Origin: Elsinoe ampelina
Taxonomy: Eukaryota
Length of the DNA: 64,000 nt
Assembly (NCBI GenBank): GCA_010093995.1
Contig: ML992506.1
Span: forward strand, 244,832-308,831
Direction: 5' to 3'
A program made the position numbers and the translations under genes. The notes beneath the pieces were generated by a model, which ran no database searches, had not been told where the DNA came from, and saw only the letters and a program-made list of their open reading frames with translations. Below, piece after piece: positions 13,389 to 26,441 of this stretch; within the stretch, counting starts at the first letter, position 1, and each line of letters begins with the position of its first letter.

Positions 13389-15739
13389 CTATGCGCGGGT
13401 CGAGCGGAAATGCTTGGCTGCCTTGACCATGTTCTCAAGAGCCTCCTTGGTCTCCTTCCACTGGCGGGTCTTGAGACCACAGTCAGGGTTGATCCAAAGC
13501 TGGTCTGGCTTGAGGTAGGCAAGCATCTCATCGACACGGTCACGGATCTCCTGCTCAGAGGGAACACGTGGGGAGTGGATGTCGTAGACGCCCGGACCGA
13601 TGTGGCGTGGGTAGGCCTCATCGATGAAGACCTTGAGGAGCTTGGCATCGGACTTGCTGTTCTCGATGGACAAAACATCGGCATCGAGAGCGGCGATGGC
13701 GTGGAAGAAGTCTTGGAACTCGGAGTAGCAGAAGTGAGAGTGGATCTGAGTAGAGTCCTTGACACCGGCGGTGGAGAGCTTGAAGCTGTCGACAGCCCAG
13801 TTGAGGTAGGCCTCACGCTCCTTGCCGGAACGGAGGGGAAGACCCTCACGGAGAGCTGGCTCATCGACCTGGATGACGAAGACGCCAGCAGACTCAAGGT
13901 CAACAACCTCATCGCGGAGAGCGAGAGCAAGCTGAGCAGCCTGGACGGACTGGTGGACATCGTCACGAGGGAATGACCACCTGAGGCAGGTGATCGGACC
14001 AGTAAGCATACCCTTCATGGGCTTCTTGGTAATGCTTGCGGCGTACTTGCTCTCCTTGACGGTCATGGGAGCCGGACGTGAGACGTCACCGACGACGATT
14101 GGAGGGCGGACACAGCGGGAGCCGTATGACTGGACCCAACCGTGGGTGGTGAAGGCATAACCGTCCAGGCGCTCACCAAAGTATTGTACCATGTCGTTAC
14201 GCTCTGGCTCACCGTGGACGAGGACGTCCAGGTCGAGCTCCTCTTGCACCTTGACAACAAGCTCAATCTCCTTCTCGATGAACTTCTCATACTCTTCCGC
14301 GGTGATCTCACCCTTGGTAAACTTGTTACGCTGGACACGGATCTCGGAGGTCTGAGGGAACGAGCCGATGGTGGTGGTTGGGAAGAGAGGAAGCTTGAGG
14401 AGCTCCTTCTGCTGTGCGTAACGGGTAGGGAACGCAGACTGGCGGTTGTACTGCTCCTTGGTGACCTTGCTGAGACGCTCCTTGACGGCAGGGTTGTTGG
14501 TGCGCTTTGATGTGGCACGAGACTGCATAGAGGCGGCGTTGGCCTCAAGCTGCTCGCGGACAGAGGCAGGGCCCTCGTTGACAGCCTTGGCGATAGTGGC
14601 CAACTCGGTGACCTTCTCGGAAGCAAAGGAGAACCAGTCAGCAACCTCTGGGTCGAGCTTCTTCTCGTTGGTGAGAGTGTGTGGGGTGTGGAGGAGGGAC
14701 GAAGAAGAGGAGACGATGACGCGGTCCTTGCCGAGCTTCTGGACGGCGTTCTCGACGAGCTCGATGGCACGCTTGAAGTTGGTCTTCCAGATGTTACGGC
14801 CGTCAACGACACCAGCGGACAGGATCTGGTTGGAGCCAAGGTGAGAGATGACAGACTCGAGCTGCTCTGGGTTGCGGACAAGATCGACATGGAGAGCGTA
14901 GACATCCTTGAGAGCGGAATCGACAACGTCAAAGTTGTGGACGATGTCACCGAAGTAAGTGGCGAGGGCGAGCTTGGGGCCGGCAGCGTTCAAGGCCTGG
15001 TAAGCTGGCTTGAAAGCCTCCTTGATTCTGGATGGAAGGTCGAAGACGAGGATTGGCTCATCGATCTGGACAGTCTCGGCACCGGCGTCCTTGAGCTGCT
15101 TGAGGAGCTCGACGTAGACGGGAAGGAGCTTTTCGAGGAGGTCGATGGGCTCGACGGACTGGCCACGGTCGGCCTTTCCGAGGAAGAGGAAGGAGACAGG
15201 CCCGAGGAGAACTGGGCGAGTGGTGATGCCAGCATCCTTGGCCTCCTTGAACTGGACGACCGGCTTGGCGTCCGAGACAAGGGAGAAGGTCTGGTTGTCC
15301 TGGAGAGTAGGCTTGACGTAGTGGTAGTTTGAGTCGAACCACTTTACCATTTCCTGAAAATTTGTTAATTTTCACCGGTGAGGGGTCGTGGAGGGGTAAT
15401 TCTTACGAGTGCTGGAACATCGACACCGTCCTTCTGGTGTCCACGACCCATGGCAAAGTACTCATCAATGGGATCGAGCTTGTGCTTGGTGTATCTCTCT
15501 GGAACAGCATTGAACATCTGGATGTGATCGAGAACGTGGTCGTAGAAAGCAAAGTCGTTGGAGGGGATGATGTCAACGCCAGCTTCTTTCTGGATCTTCC
15601 AGTGCTCGAGACGGAGTCTCTTGCCCTCTGCGAGGAGATCATCTCTTGACAGCTTGCCTCCCCAGTATGCTTCGTTCGCCTTCTTCAAGTCCCTCAGCCT
15701 TCCCATACGAGGGAAACCGAGCACAGCTGATTGAACCAT
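13389..15739 (-). CDS. MET6: Cobalamin-independent methionine synthase, 2 exons
   Basis: MVQSAVLGFPRMG...EYFAMGRG joined to EMVKWFDSNYHY...PTTTIGSFPQT...HGEPERNDMV...HSHFCYS...WINPDCGLKTR. Intron at about 15354-15406. Confidence 0.98.
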
Positions 15740-16740
15740 TGTGACTGTGTTTCTTCTGAATGTGCTGTGTATGTGTTTGTAGAGTGAAGTGTGAGTGATC
15801 AAGGTCGAATGACCGAATGTACGGAGGATAATATTGAGAAGAAGGAAGGGGTGAAGCGGTGTGAGAGAGAGGAATGCGGGAGGAGGGGTGTTGAGGTTAA
15901 AAAGGTGGGATGATTGCAGCGAAACGACAAATTGTGTGAGATGTGGTCAGAGCTTTTTTTCCCTCGCGCCAACCTTCCGCCGGCCATGGGGAACCGAGAA
16001 TGCAAGATGATTGGTTCGTTGGGACGGTCTCTGTCTGTTTCGAGTATAGATCCATCTGTCGTCAGGGCACTTCACAGAGCTATGCTGAAGCCATGCTGAA
16101 CTACGGCGAGTCTGCAGTTTCAGCCGCGGATAATTCTCCGACCGGAGGAACGACTCTCGATCATTCAAATCTCCAGCGGGGACAAAGATTGGCTGTCTGG
16201 AACATTGTGGGATCCCCGGCCACGGCGACCAAGGGTCCTTACACCAACAGTCGGAGGCCGAGCACCGCTTGTATGCTGAACATATCAGGACTCTGCCGAA
16301 ACGTGGCGAGGAGCAGACGCCTACGGCCAGCAGGCTCGGCGATGTCGAGATAAGAGTCGGTAGGCCCAGCACTGAGACAGGTCTGTTCACTCATGCACAG
16401 ATACAGTATAACAGAAGGGAGATTTCCTTACAAATGTGCGCGCTTACTCTCAAGGAGAATCAATCATGCCTGACCTCTCGATCTTGAAGTCAGATGGTGG
16501 CCATCGATGTTGTTGATGACCTGATGTTGAATGTGGGACCCGTCAAGGCAAGTACGATGCGACCGACCTAGTGGACTGCTGCAGGTAGTCTTCCTACGAA
16601 CCATGTTCGTCTTGAGTTTCAATCTCGATTCGTATAGCATCTAATAATCACAGGTATATTTCAGCTATCCATACCGGTCATTATCTTTGACAGCATCTCA
16701 ATCGCCGGAACCCCAGATCTCGCGCGACCCTGATCTGCAC

Positions 16741-19700
16741 ATGGCGGCAGATCTCTGCTGTGCAGACCCTCGCCGCATCGATTCGCCAGATCTGCAGCCG
16801 GCACGTCAAGCATCACTTGATCCCAGGAAGCGCTCTCAGAGTCTACCCCGAAACAAGCGATTGTCCAGAGAGGACCGAATGGAGCTCAACAGGATATTCG
16901 TGGGTGCATCTCTCCCAGAAGATCATCCGCATGCTATACCACTCTCCAATCGCCGCCCAATTCTCTTCACAAAGATCATTCGATCGCCGAGCTTCAGCAG
17001 GAAGCTAAAGAGACAGCTGAGCCGTACATCATTGATTACGAGCAAGAGCTTGGTATCGCTCCGATCTCACCCAGTCAAGCTCTTGCATCGTCGTTCGAGA
17101 ATGAAGAGCAAAGCGTATCTGGTGGAAAATGTAATGGACAAGAATGCAGTATCGCCCAACGAATACGACTCAGATGCCAGATCAGTACGCATCAACTCAA
17201 CCCGCTTCAACACCGATGCACGACAGCGAGTAGTCACACCTGTCAATGAAAATGCAAGACAGAATATTACTGGATTTGAGTAGAATGCGCCGGGTATCGA
17301 GGAGTGAGTCGAGACCAGGACTGCTGTATTGTCCAACTGACAAGTAATCAGACTGTCAAACGCAGACGATGAACAGCCCACTTCGCCAACTGAGCAGACC
17401 TTACACGCTCAGCGACGTCTCCTCGCGCGATCGACAAGTGCTCCTAGTATCCTTGACGGCAATGTCGACATACGTATCAGTGTCTCCCAGAACAGCAAAC
17501 ACCTGATGAGCCGTGTCTTCACCATGCCAACCATGGGGCAGGACATCAGAACGGTGCAGCCTCAATTCATCCAAAGAGATACCGGAGTACTTCCAGGATT
17601 TGGTGATCAGCCCAGCTCAGTCGATAAGCCAGAAATGAAGAAGGACATAGAGGATCAAATCATTGCCGCCGTCACCAACCTTCTCGATTGTGACGCTACA
17701 CGGCAATGCTTCGATGGCAAGTGTCACAAGTGTCGAGCAGTCCAACTACCGCACTCACCTGCAAAAGTTGAGTGGCTCACTCCAGATCCTTTGCGACAGC
17801 TAGTAGTGCGAAACCCGGATCCTGCGGGTAGCGATACATCCTCGGAGACATGTTCCCGGCCCAACAACCACAAGCCCTAGCATGGTCAGGACACCAACCA
17901 AAGCCATGAGACTCTTTCATTACAATCCGACCCCTCGGATCCGCGTCTTGTACCAACGTTAACCAGAAAGAATGTGCTTAACTCATCCTCGCGGTGCAGT
18001 TTCGATCTGGAAGAATCGGTCCCGGATCAGCCAAACGTCAACCCGCCCCCGTATACTATTCCGTGCTTCACAGAGCAACAGTATGCCACAAATGATGGAA
18101 TGGCCGTCGGACAGCTTCCAGAATGTTCGCGGTCCGGAAGTCCCGGTGTTACCGCCTCGCCGAGGCGCCGGGATCAGCCTGCAACGATTCGTCCATACAT
18201 TCAACCAGATCGGCCACGACTTGACAGAGGAAGCGGTTCAAGCGATGCGAGTCGACCGAGCAAGTTTCGCGAAGGTATTGCGAGCACCCCTAGCGATTCC
18301 AGACCTGTCAAGAAGAAGCGATCTCTATTCCGATTGCCAAAGATCAATCGACGGAAGAAGACTGCAAACTCAAAGCAGAAGAGATCTCACAGGCGACCAT
18401 GGCACCACTCTATCCCGCCTTTTGATGGTGCCGCAGAGTTCAGCTTCTCTACCAAAGACCGAGACAGCTCTTTACCTGTACCTTGTGCAGATCCGACTCG
18501 ATCTTCCACTTCCTCGACGTCCTCTCGAATGCCACAAAGACATTCCGTCGCAATCACCGTTGATGACGCTGGCCCATCTGGGGCCTCAGATCAGGCGACG
18601 GGAACACAATCCCTGGAAGACTACGAGAAGGGACTCTCTGCACAAGGCGATTCCCGTCACCGAAAGTCCACTGTCAACTTCAATTCGATCCGTGACATTG
18701 AGCAAGATGATCGCAATGACTCCGACGCTCAAAATCGACCTCTTTCCAGAGCATCTCCTCTGTATGGGCCGAATGCCAAATCTGGAGAGCAAATACTCAT
18801 GGAGAAAGCGCTCAAGTTTCATCAAGCAGAAAAGGGCGCTTTCTTCAGGTTCAAGGGGAAGGACAAGGCGTCGCCAGAGCTCAGCCCTGCTGATCCAGAG
18901 ACGACCTCGAATGGACCCGTGTTCCATGTGTCTTTTGGTCCCGCCAGCAGTCCCAGTCGCATCTTCTCTGGTCTGGATGACGTCGATCCCCTGGCCGAAG
19001 AAGGAGTCAAGCGAGCGAGAAGCACGATTCCACTCTACAATTCGGCTGTTCGACGGACACCAACACCATTACCTCTGTCTGACCAGAAGATTGTAAACCG
19101 CAACGGAGCTTCTGTGTCCACATCATCCAACTCGTTCAATGGTCCGGTCCCTTTGGGTATACCTCCTGCCTCTTGGGCACGCTTCGCTTCGGACACTCGT
19201 GCGGCGCGCACTAGTCCTGCGGGTCAACATGACAACGTCAAGATCCATGACTTCGCAGAGGATATGCGATGCTATATGCCAGACCCGGATCACATGGTGC
19301 ACAAGCACAAGCATAGTGGATTGTGGGAGCGGATTGGGTTGAGTTCACGACCCAACGATACCAAGGTGGGAAGGATCGTAAGGTACTACAAGAATCTACT
19401 CGCGGGAGTTGGCGGCGGTGGCAATCGAAGGAGCAGCGTCGCAACAGGAGCGAGATTGAAGGATCCGGAGCTGGAGATATTGGGACCCGTCATGGCAGGA
19501 CGAGACACTGCGCTGAGTGGTGGAGACAAGACGGTCGAGCAGAGGGGCAAGAAGAGGAGAAGAGACCGAGACAGTGAAGAGGGTAAGCATGCGCAGATGA
19601 CCGTCATGAGTGGCGCAGGAGTTCCCAATCAGGCACCAACACCTCACAATCATGACGCCGAGCATAAGATCATCGTTGATTCGCCGCGGGCGACATCGGC

Positions 19701-20754
19701 GAAGACGCCTGAAGACGTCTTTCCCACCGAGATGACCGCCAAGGTCCCTAACGGTCCGGCCCTCACTCTTGATGGTGCAGTCGATGCCGCCATCAGTCGC
19801 ATCAAGGAAAACTCCCTCACCCCTCGCTCGTCTGCCCGCTGCCTATCAGAACTGTACCAGCGCGAATGTGTCACCCTTCCACCCACTTCCGGGCACATCA
19901 GCCACATCAGCGAGGAAGCCTTTCAAGATGCAAGAGAAGCCGCTCGTGTGCCTTTACCCGAGACGCCGACGAGATTTGGTCGCTTAGCTGGAGCATCTTG
20001 GGGCAAGGTTCGGGGTTTGAGGAGTAGTCGGAGCATGCCTGACGATTCGACCAAGTCACGAGGTAAAGACAGCCCTGTCTCACCCATCCGGATCGGGAGG
20101 ACGGCGGGTGGTGGTCATCTGCAGAAGGGCGTAAAGAGTCTGCTGTTCTTGCCCGAGGTCGACGACAGAGGCAGAGCGGTCAGTCCCGTCGCGAACAAGG
20201 CTACAGATCTTGCAAACCATCACGATGAGGTAGAAGCTGGGAGTGGATCCTCTTACAGCACTGCAGGAGCGGAGGAAGGGGGAGACACTACTCGAACACA
20301 AGCAGAGCCTGCTCCTACTGAATCTGGGCCGGCAAAGATGGACGCAATGGCCAACACAGAGGTCACCATCCGCCGCTTTCCATCCGTCACCGTTGTCGAC
20401 GACCGCAAAGGCCAATGGAGAAGCATCAGCCTCATCAGCACAATCCACAGCAGGAGCGGATCCGGCAGTTCTTCTGTCCACAGACCTGCTTCGAAAGTCA
20501 GGAACGTCACGCCCTCTTCGGACCACTATCCTGCTAGCAAAGGGAGGATCGTAAGTGGCGCAAGCAGATATGATACTGTCAGGACCAGACCTGGCTCAAG
20601 GACTGGAAGCGTGGTGAGCTCGATACAGGGTAGGGAGAGGGTCAGACCGAGCACGGTTGATCTGCTGAGGGATGTTGAGGAGAGGAAGGAGAGGGAGTTG
20701 GCGAGGTTGATGGGGAGAATCGGAAGTGGTGGGAGTGTGGGAGTTGCGGTTTGA
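16741..20754 (+). CDS. Large low-complexity hypothetical protein; reading frame interrupted by two in-frame TAG codons (17281, 17878)
   Basis: ORFs 16687-17283, 17506-17880 and 17974-20754 share one frame. A canonical 48-nt intron 17304-17351 removes two TGAs. Conserved-looking islands: SLEDYEKGL, PPASWARF, RRSSVATG, RRFPSVTVVDDRKG. Confidence 0.6.
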
Positions 20755-21074
20755 TATTGGTTCGGAGAATGAAGAAGAGGAATAAGCGGCTGAGGCTATT
20801 GATTGTGGATGTATTGATGGGTATGAGGTAGCATAGGGTGTTGATGGTTCATTTCTTTGGTCACAATGGTCCTCTGAGCCCACTCTTCCCTATCGCGGTG
20901 CTTGACTAATGAGATATGTCTATTGCCTTCGAAGGTCCGGTTCTTTTTTCCACAGGTAAGAGCCACGGGAGGACCTCTCGACATCAAATTATAGGTAAAC
21001 AAGAACAAGTCATGAATTCATACCATTTCCACCTCCCTACTTTCCCTTTCCCTTTCCCCCTTTCCCCATTCCTC

Positions 21075-22828
21075 TCAAATCCTCAAACCCCCAAAAGCCC
21101 CATCAATATACTCAAAACTCGCCTGCCTAAAATCATCCGTAGCCAAATTATTCGTAAAAGTCTGCAACTGCAACAGCCTCCTCGCCTCATTCGTGTACCT
21201 CGGCCAAGCGATCAACGGGGCCCTGGTGGTGATGACATTCGGATCGAGGAAATTGATGAAGCTGTGGTAGTAAGTCTGGTAGGTGGTGGCGGGGACGGCG
21301 TTGGGGAGCTCAAAGTACGCCTCCAGGACGTCGGAGGCGTGGAATGTCCCGAGGATGGGGGTGCCGTAGAGGTGCGAGTCCAGGTAGGACCAGACGGGGA
21401 CGTGGGGGGCGATGCGCGTGAGGTAGGAGCGGCGGGTGAGGGTGAAGGTGATGTCACCCAGGATGGCGGCGAGGCGTTTGAATTCCGGGTAGATGGTGTT
21501 GAGGATGCCGGTGCGGAAGGGGGAGCCGGTGGATTGCAGGTCTGGGTAGGTGGCGACGAGGCCGGGGATGAGGTCGCGGCCGCGGATGGGGAAGTAGGAT
21601 TGAAGGTAGGTGGTTAGTTCGGCCGTGTTGGAGATGTTGCTGGTTGTTAGCGAGAAGAGGGTGCCTTCGTCTTCTTGGCTGCCGCAGATGACGGGGACTT
21701 TGGCGAAGAGACCGCGCGAGATGGCGATGTCCGGGGATTGGGAGAAGAAGGAGTTGGCCGGGTCCGGGCGGGGGAGGTAGGCCAGGTCGAGGGAGCGGTA
21801 GGAGAAGATGTTGGGGACCGTGGTGGTGGCGTCGAAGAAGCGTTGGAAGGGGAGGGCACGGAGGCAGGCGAGTTTGTCGGTTGCGCCACCGCAGCCGGCG
21901 TTGGAAGAGACGGTGTCGAAGACGACTTGGGCTTTGCTGGTGTCGACGGGTTCGGCGGGGACGATGCTGCCGGAGTTGAGGATGGCGCCGCGGAAGAGGG
22001 GCTTGCCACGGTAGGTGTTGTCGCCACCGTTGATAATTGTTTGATCTAGGACCGAGATGGCTCCCGCCGACTCTCCCCAAATCGTCACCTTGTCGGGGTC
22101 GCCGCCGAATGCTGCAATGTTCTCTGCTACCCATTGGAGGCCGAGACGTTGGTCGCGAAGGCCGAGGTTGGTGCTGCCGTCTGCTTGGAGCTCGCGGCCT
22201 GCGAGGAAGCCAAAGCCACCAACGCGGTAGTTGACGCTGACGTAGACAACAGGATTACCACGAGCAAGACCGCTAATGCCCTCTTGCAGGAACTTTGTAG
22301 CATCATACATGCCTGCTGAGCCGAGTTCAAAGCCTGTCAAAAGTCAGTTTATACTTATCAGGCATCTCTGATGGCCTCACCTCCTCCGAAGATCCAGTAG
22401 ACGACTGGGAGCTTCGCGTCGGGAGAAATGCCAGCAGGGCGTTGAACGTTGATGTTCAAACAGTCCTCCTTTGCGTTGAAAATACCTTGGAACAGTGGGC
22501 TGTTGGCGAGCAGAGCCAGAACATCGTTGGGCAGGCTACTAGTGTTGGTCTGCAAGGCGAATTGAGGACATGCTGCTCCCATCTGAGTCGCCTGAAAGGT
22601 CCCGCCAGGATACTGTCTGTTGTATGTGACAGGCGGTTTGAGTCTCAGAGCACCGAGAGGCGGCTCTGCAAAAGGAATGCCTCTGAAAGAGTCGATGCCA
22701 TTGGCGGTGGTCCCAACGATGGTGCCATTTGCTACGCGGACGGAAGGGCCTGCTTGTCTCTCATCGAGCGGTGCGGCAGTGATGGCGGTGGCGAAGGCCA
22801 AGAGGGAGAGAGCGAAATTGCCGAGCAT
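21075..22828 (-). CDS. Secreted type-B carboxylesterase/lipase (Candida rugosa/Geotrichum-like), 2 exons
   Basis: Signal peptide, GIPFAEPP, EDCLNINV, WIFGG|GFELG, GESAG, EDEGTLF, GTFHASD. Intron at about 22335-22380. Confidence 0.93.
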
Positions 22829-23910
22829 GTTGACGGTCGAGAGGACTCCAGGTGGAGTACGACAATGGACTGGTAGTGAACGATGGCTGCGACCAGATCG
22901 GTGGGCTCGTCAAAGCTGGGGAATGTCTGGGGGTGGCGATGATGGGTCTATTTATCGTACCACAAACTTACTGAGGGTCTACTAACGCACAAACACGCAA
23001 GCACAAAACGTGCACTGGACAGCATCGGAGGTCGAATCACCCGCACATTGCATGATCTTCAGAAGCCTCGGCATGGGAGGTCAGCAGGTCCCAATACGGA
23101 GATGAAGAGACAGATGGGAGAGAAGTTTCTGATCGGGCTGCAGCAAGGTTTGTCAATTCTGGGGAATGGAGAAGATCTGCATGGCGCTAGTGAAAAAACA
23201 GCCTTTTCAGCTCTGTCAAAGGTGGGGAAAAGATGGTAAAAGAACGATTAATGAACATGCACGATGGTCGGCATTGGATTTTACTTGTATCAAGCCATGT
23301 GCGTAATCAGCAATGTACAGATAGTGCAAGTCACTCTCCGGCTGAACATGTGAAAGTGCCTCGAAAGTGCCTTGCATATATCGAGCGTTCCTGCATTGAG
23401 AAAAGTGGGAATTGATGCTCGACAAGCGATTGGTCCGGATGTAGCTGTAGCTGTAGCCCGTGAAAGATGCGGTCTGGCTGATCGGCCGTTCCTGTCCTGA
23501 CGCTACGAAGAGTACTAGGCGTAAGTTACAAGCACAGACGTCCATACCAATAAATTCTCCGCGTCATGTGGTCCCATGGCCATCTCGGCGAGATTACAAT
23601 GCTCGCTTAGCTTATTATTAGGGCAGAGAAGCACGAGGCATTTTGCCAAATATCGTGTCACCAACGGAACAGCTGCCACTTGACATGGCTATCCCCAGAC
23701 TCGACCAGCCCGCCGGAGCAAAAGGTCTTGAGGCGTGCGGAGAAGGTTCATGAGCTGCATGCACAAATCGTGGAGAAGAGCAATTGTGCGGGGTTTTCCG
23801 TGTGCTCTCCATGTCCTCGCTTCCACGCTTATTAATCAGTAGACATCAACACAGCCATGTCAGACGAATAATACAATCAGCTCTGGCTACCGAATTTCGT
23901 GCTACCACAC

Positions 23911-26004
23911 TCATGTGCTCGAAGCGAGAAACCCATCGAGCTTGCATGACCGCCCAAGGAAAGCTGTGACAAGCTGCGTCTCGTCCGAGCTGCCACCCTT
24001 CTCGAGGACCAAGTGCCTGTAGCGGCGGCCAGTCGTGCTACAGATTGGATCGTCTTTGAACATTGTGTCGAACATATCCTGAGCAATAGCTTTCGACCAC
24101 AAATAGCTGTACATGCAGCCGTCGTTTCCATTCATCAGGTGGCGAAATGTTCCATATCCGAATCTATGCCCAGTCAGCGAGCGGATGGACCATCATCAGG
24201 TCCGGCTTACTCCTCATCAACGTCCTCGATCCCCTCGATTTGCAAGCATGACTTGTACACATTACCCAGGTCTGGACCGACTTCTCCTGTACTGGAATGT
24301 ACCGCATTGTCGAAAAGAGTGATCCGTAGCTGAGGCAGCAGACTCACCATGGGTGCCATGTGTCTGGACTGCGCGAGCGCTTCGATCACAGCGTCCGGCA
24401 TGATTTCTTTCGTGATGTAGTGCGAAGAGAGCTGCTGCAACCCCACCGGATTCCAACACCACTCCTCCAGCATCTGAGACGGCGCTTCGTTGAAGTCGGC
24501 TGCAGTCTCTGCTCCATGATAGCGGGAATACTTGCATTTGCCTACCAGGTCATGAATGCCATGACCTAGTTCGTGGAAGACGAGCACCACCTCGGAGTGC
24601 TGCAGAAGACGATGTCCATCTGCAGCTAGTGGCTCGAAGCTCGTGATGAGAACAGTCGATGGGTAATGCCGAGATCCATCTGGCTTGACATACCCTGCTT
24701 GCAGCGGATGACAGTGGGGCATGCCAGATTTGCCGGAGCGTGAGTAGAGATCCAGATACAGGTAGCCCACAAAGTCACCGCCTTCTTCGGGGGTGTTCCA
24801 CACGCTATAGACGGTGACGTCTTCGTGCCAGACCAGCCGTGCAGCTACTGTGGCGTCGATCTGCTTAAAGGCAAGACCGAAGAGGTGACCAAACAGTTTC
24901 AGCATATTTGCTAGCGTCCTCACCAGAGGAAAGTACTCGGAGACCTCTGCTTCGTTCAAGTGCGTCCTTTCCGAGCGATATAGTCTGGTGTAATATGGCA
25001 GGTCCCAAAGAGCCATGTCGCTTGCTGAATCACCAATCATGTTAGATCTCAGCCGTCGAAGTTCAGCAAGTTCCGCCTGGATCTGCTCATCCACCCGATC
25101 CTTGACCTGATCGAGGAAGCTTTGGACCCGCTCCGTGCTTTTCGCCATCTTCGTCTGGAGGACGAGCTCAGAGTGAGTGCGATGGCCGAGCAGCCTTGCC
25201 TTTTGCTGCCTCAATCGTAAGACCTGCTCCATTATCGAGACATTGTTTTTGCCCTAACATAGATTAGTCCCGTCGCCATGAACTACCAGGCTCACCTACT
25301 CTAGCGACGTTCGCCCGGTACAACTTCTCCCTCGTCTCTGCTCGGACAGCAAATTTGAGAATTGCGGCGTAGTCTGGACCACCAAGCGGGACGCGATAAT
25401 GGCCGTTGTCTTCCTGCAATCGCTGTAGCATTACTTCGGGAACGCCTTCGATCTCCTCGGTGTCGAGATACAGGGCATGGTCGTCTGTGTCAAGGTTGCT
25501 TGCGAATTCCCGTTCCAGCTGTCTGATCTTCTGCTGCACGTCTGCAAGTTCCGCAGCGTCCGCATCATCCATCAGAATGCCGTTCTGCTGGAAGGCTCGT
25601 CTGGTGTCTGTCATGAGCTTGGTGTCTTCCTCGTCCAGCTGAGGCTCGCCGCCACTTTGCCAGCGAGCATATACTGCATCTACAAGTTTAGCCAAATCCT
25701 TGCGACTGTATCTTGCATTCTTAGAGGCGGCATGTTCGTCTATGGCTTTGTGGCACGCCTCCCTCAGGCTCGCATCTGTAGCAACTTTGGAGAGCAGCTC
25801 GATGAAATTGCTGGTTAGCTGTAGTTGATTGTCAAGGTCGGCCAGCTTGACTGCCACAGTACCAAATGTGGCATCATCCAATGGAGTCCGGCAGAGCGTG
25901 TCAATAGTCTCTTGCGATTCAACGAGCGCCGTTCTGCTTGTCGCTTCCACCTCGGCGACGTCAAGAACAAAGAGCACTGGAGACTGCGGGCACTGTCCTT
26001 TCAT
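23911..26004 (-). CDS. M3A family metallo-oligopeptidase (thimet oligopeptidase/Prd1-like), 3 exons
   Basis: VFHELGHGIH (HExxH), DFNEAPSQMLEEW, LYLDLYSRSGK, YSYLWS, GRRYRHLVLEKGGS. Introns at about 25254-25299 and 24164-24210. No signal peptide. Confidence 0.93.
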
Positions 26005-26441
26005 GACCGTGATGCGTGATAGCAAGAACGCAAAGCCGCTCAAGGGCTGACGTTGATGACCTTATCTCTTTGCACCACACGTGATATCATTGTGTCTTCA
26101 GCTGGTTACAGTACTGTACCATGCAAAGTAAGCATGACCTGCCTTTTCCGGCGCAGACTGTGCCTCAATCAATCAGCCCAACAATGACCCATTGCTGGCA
26201 TGTAGAGAATACTCCTGTTCGACTTCGCACGGCTCCTTCAGTGACCAATTATGGTCCCACATGCATGACATATATTCATTGTAACGACAGTGATGTAGGT
26301 CGACAGATGCCAAAACTCCCTGGAGACCAAACCCGAAGCTCGAGGTCCCGTGGGCCCCCGAGGCTGGCCCCCTAATTTCACGGCTGGGCCCCATTCTGCC
26401 GAGGAAATCTGGCAACAATCCCTGCCCTGCCCTGTGCTTCA

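Noticed and set aside
13379..15649. Long overlapping and antisense ORFs across MET6 (likewise over the MFS, lipase, GLR1 and AKR genes)
   Set aside because: Shadows of strong codon bias in real genes, with no independent motifs.
21075..22828. Secreted lipase as a member of the RiPP cluster
   Set aside because: Common family, no role needed in the pathway, and I did not see the cluster motif in its promoter. Membership is unsupported.
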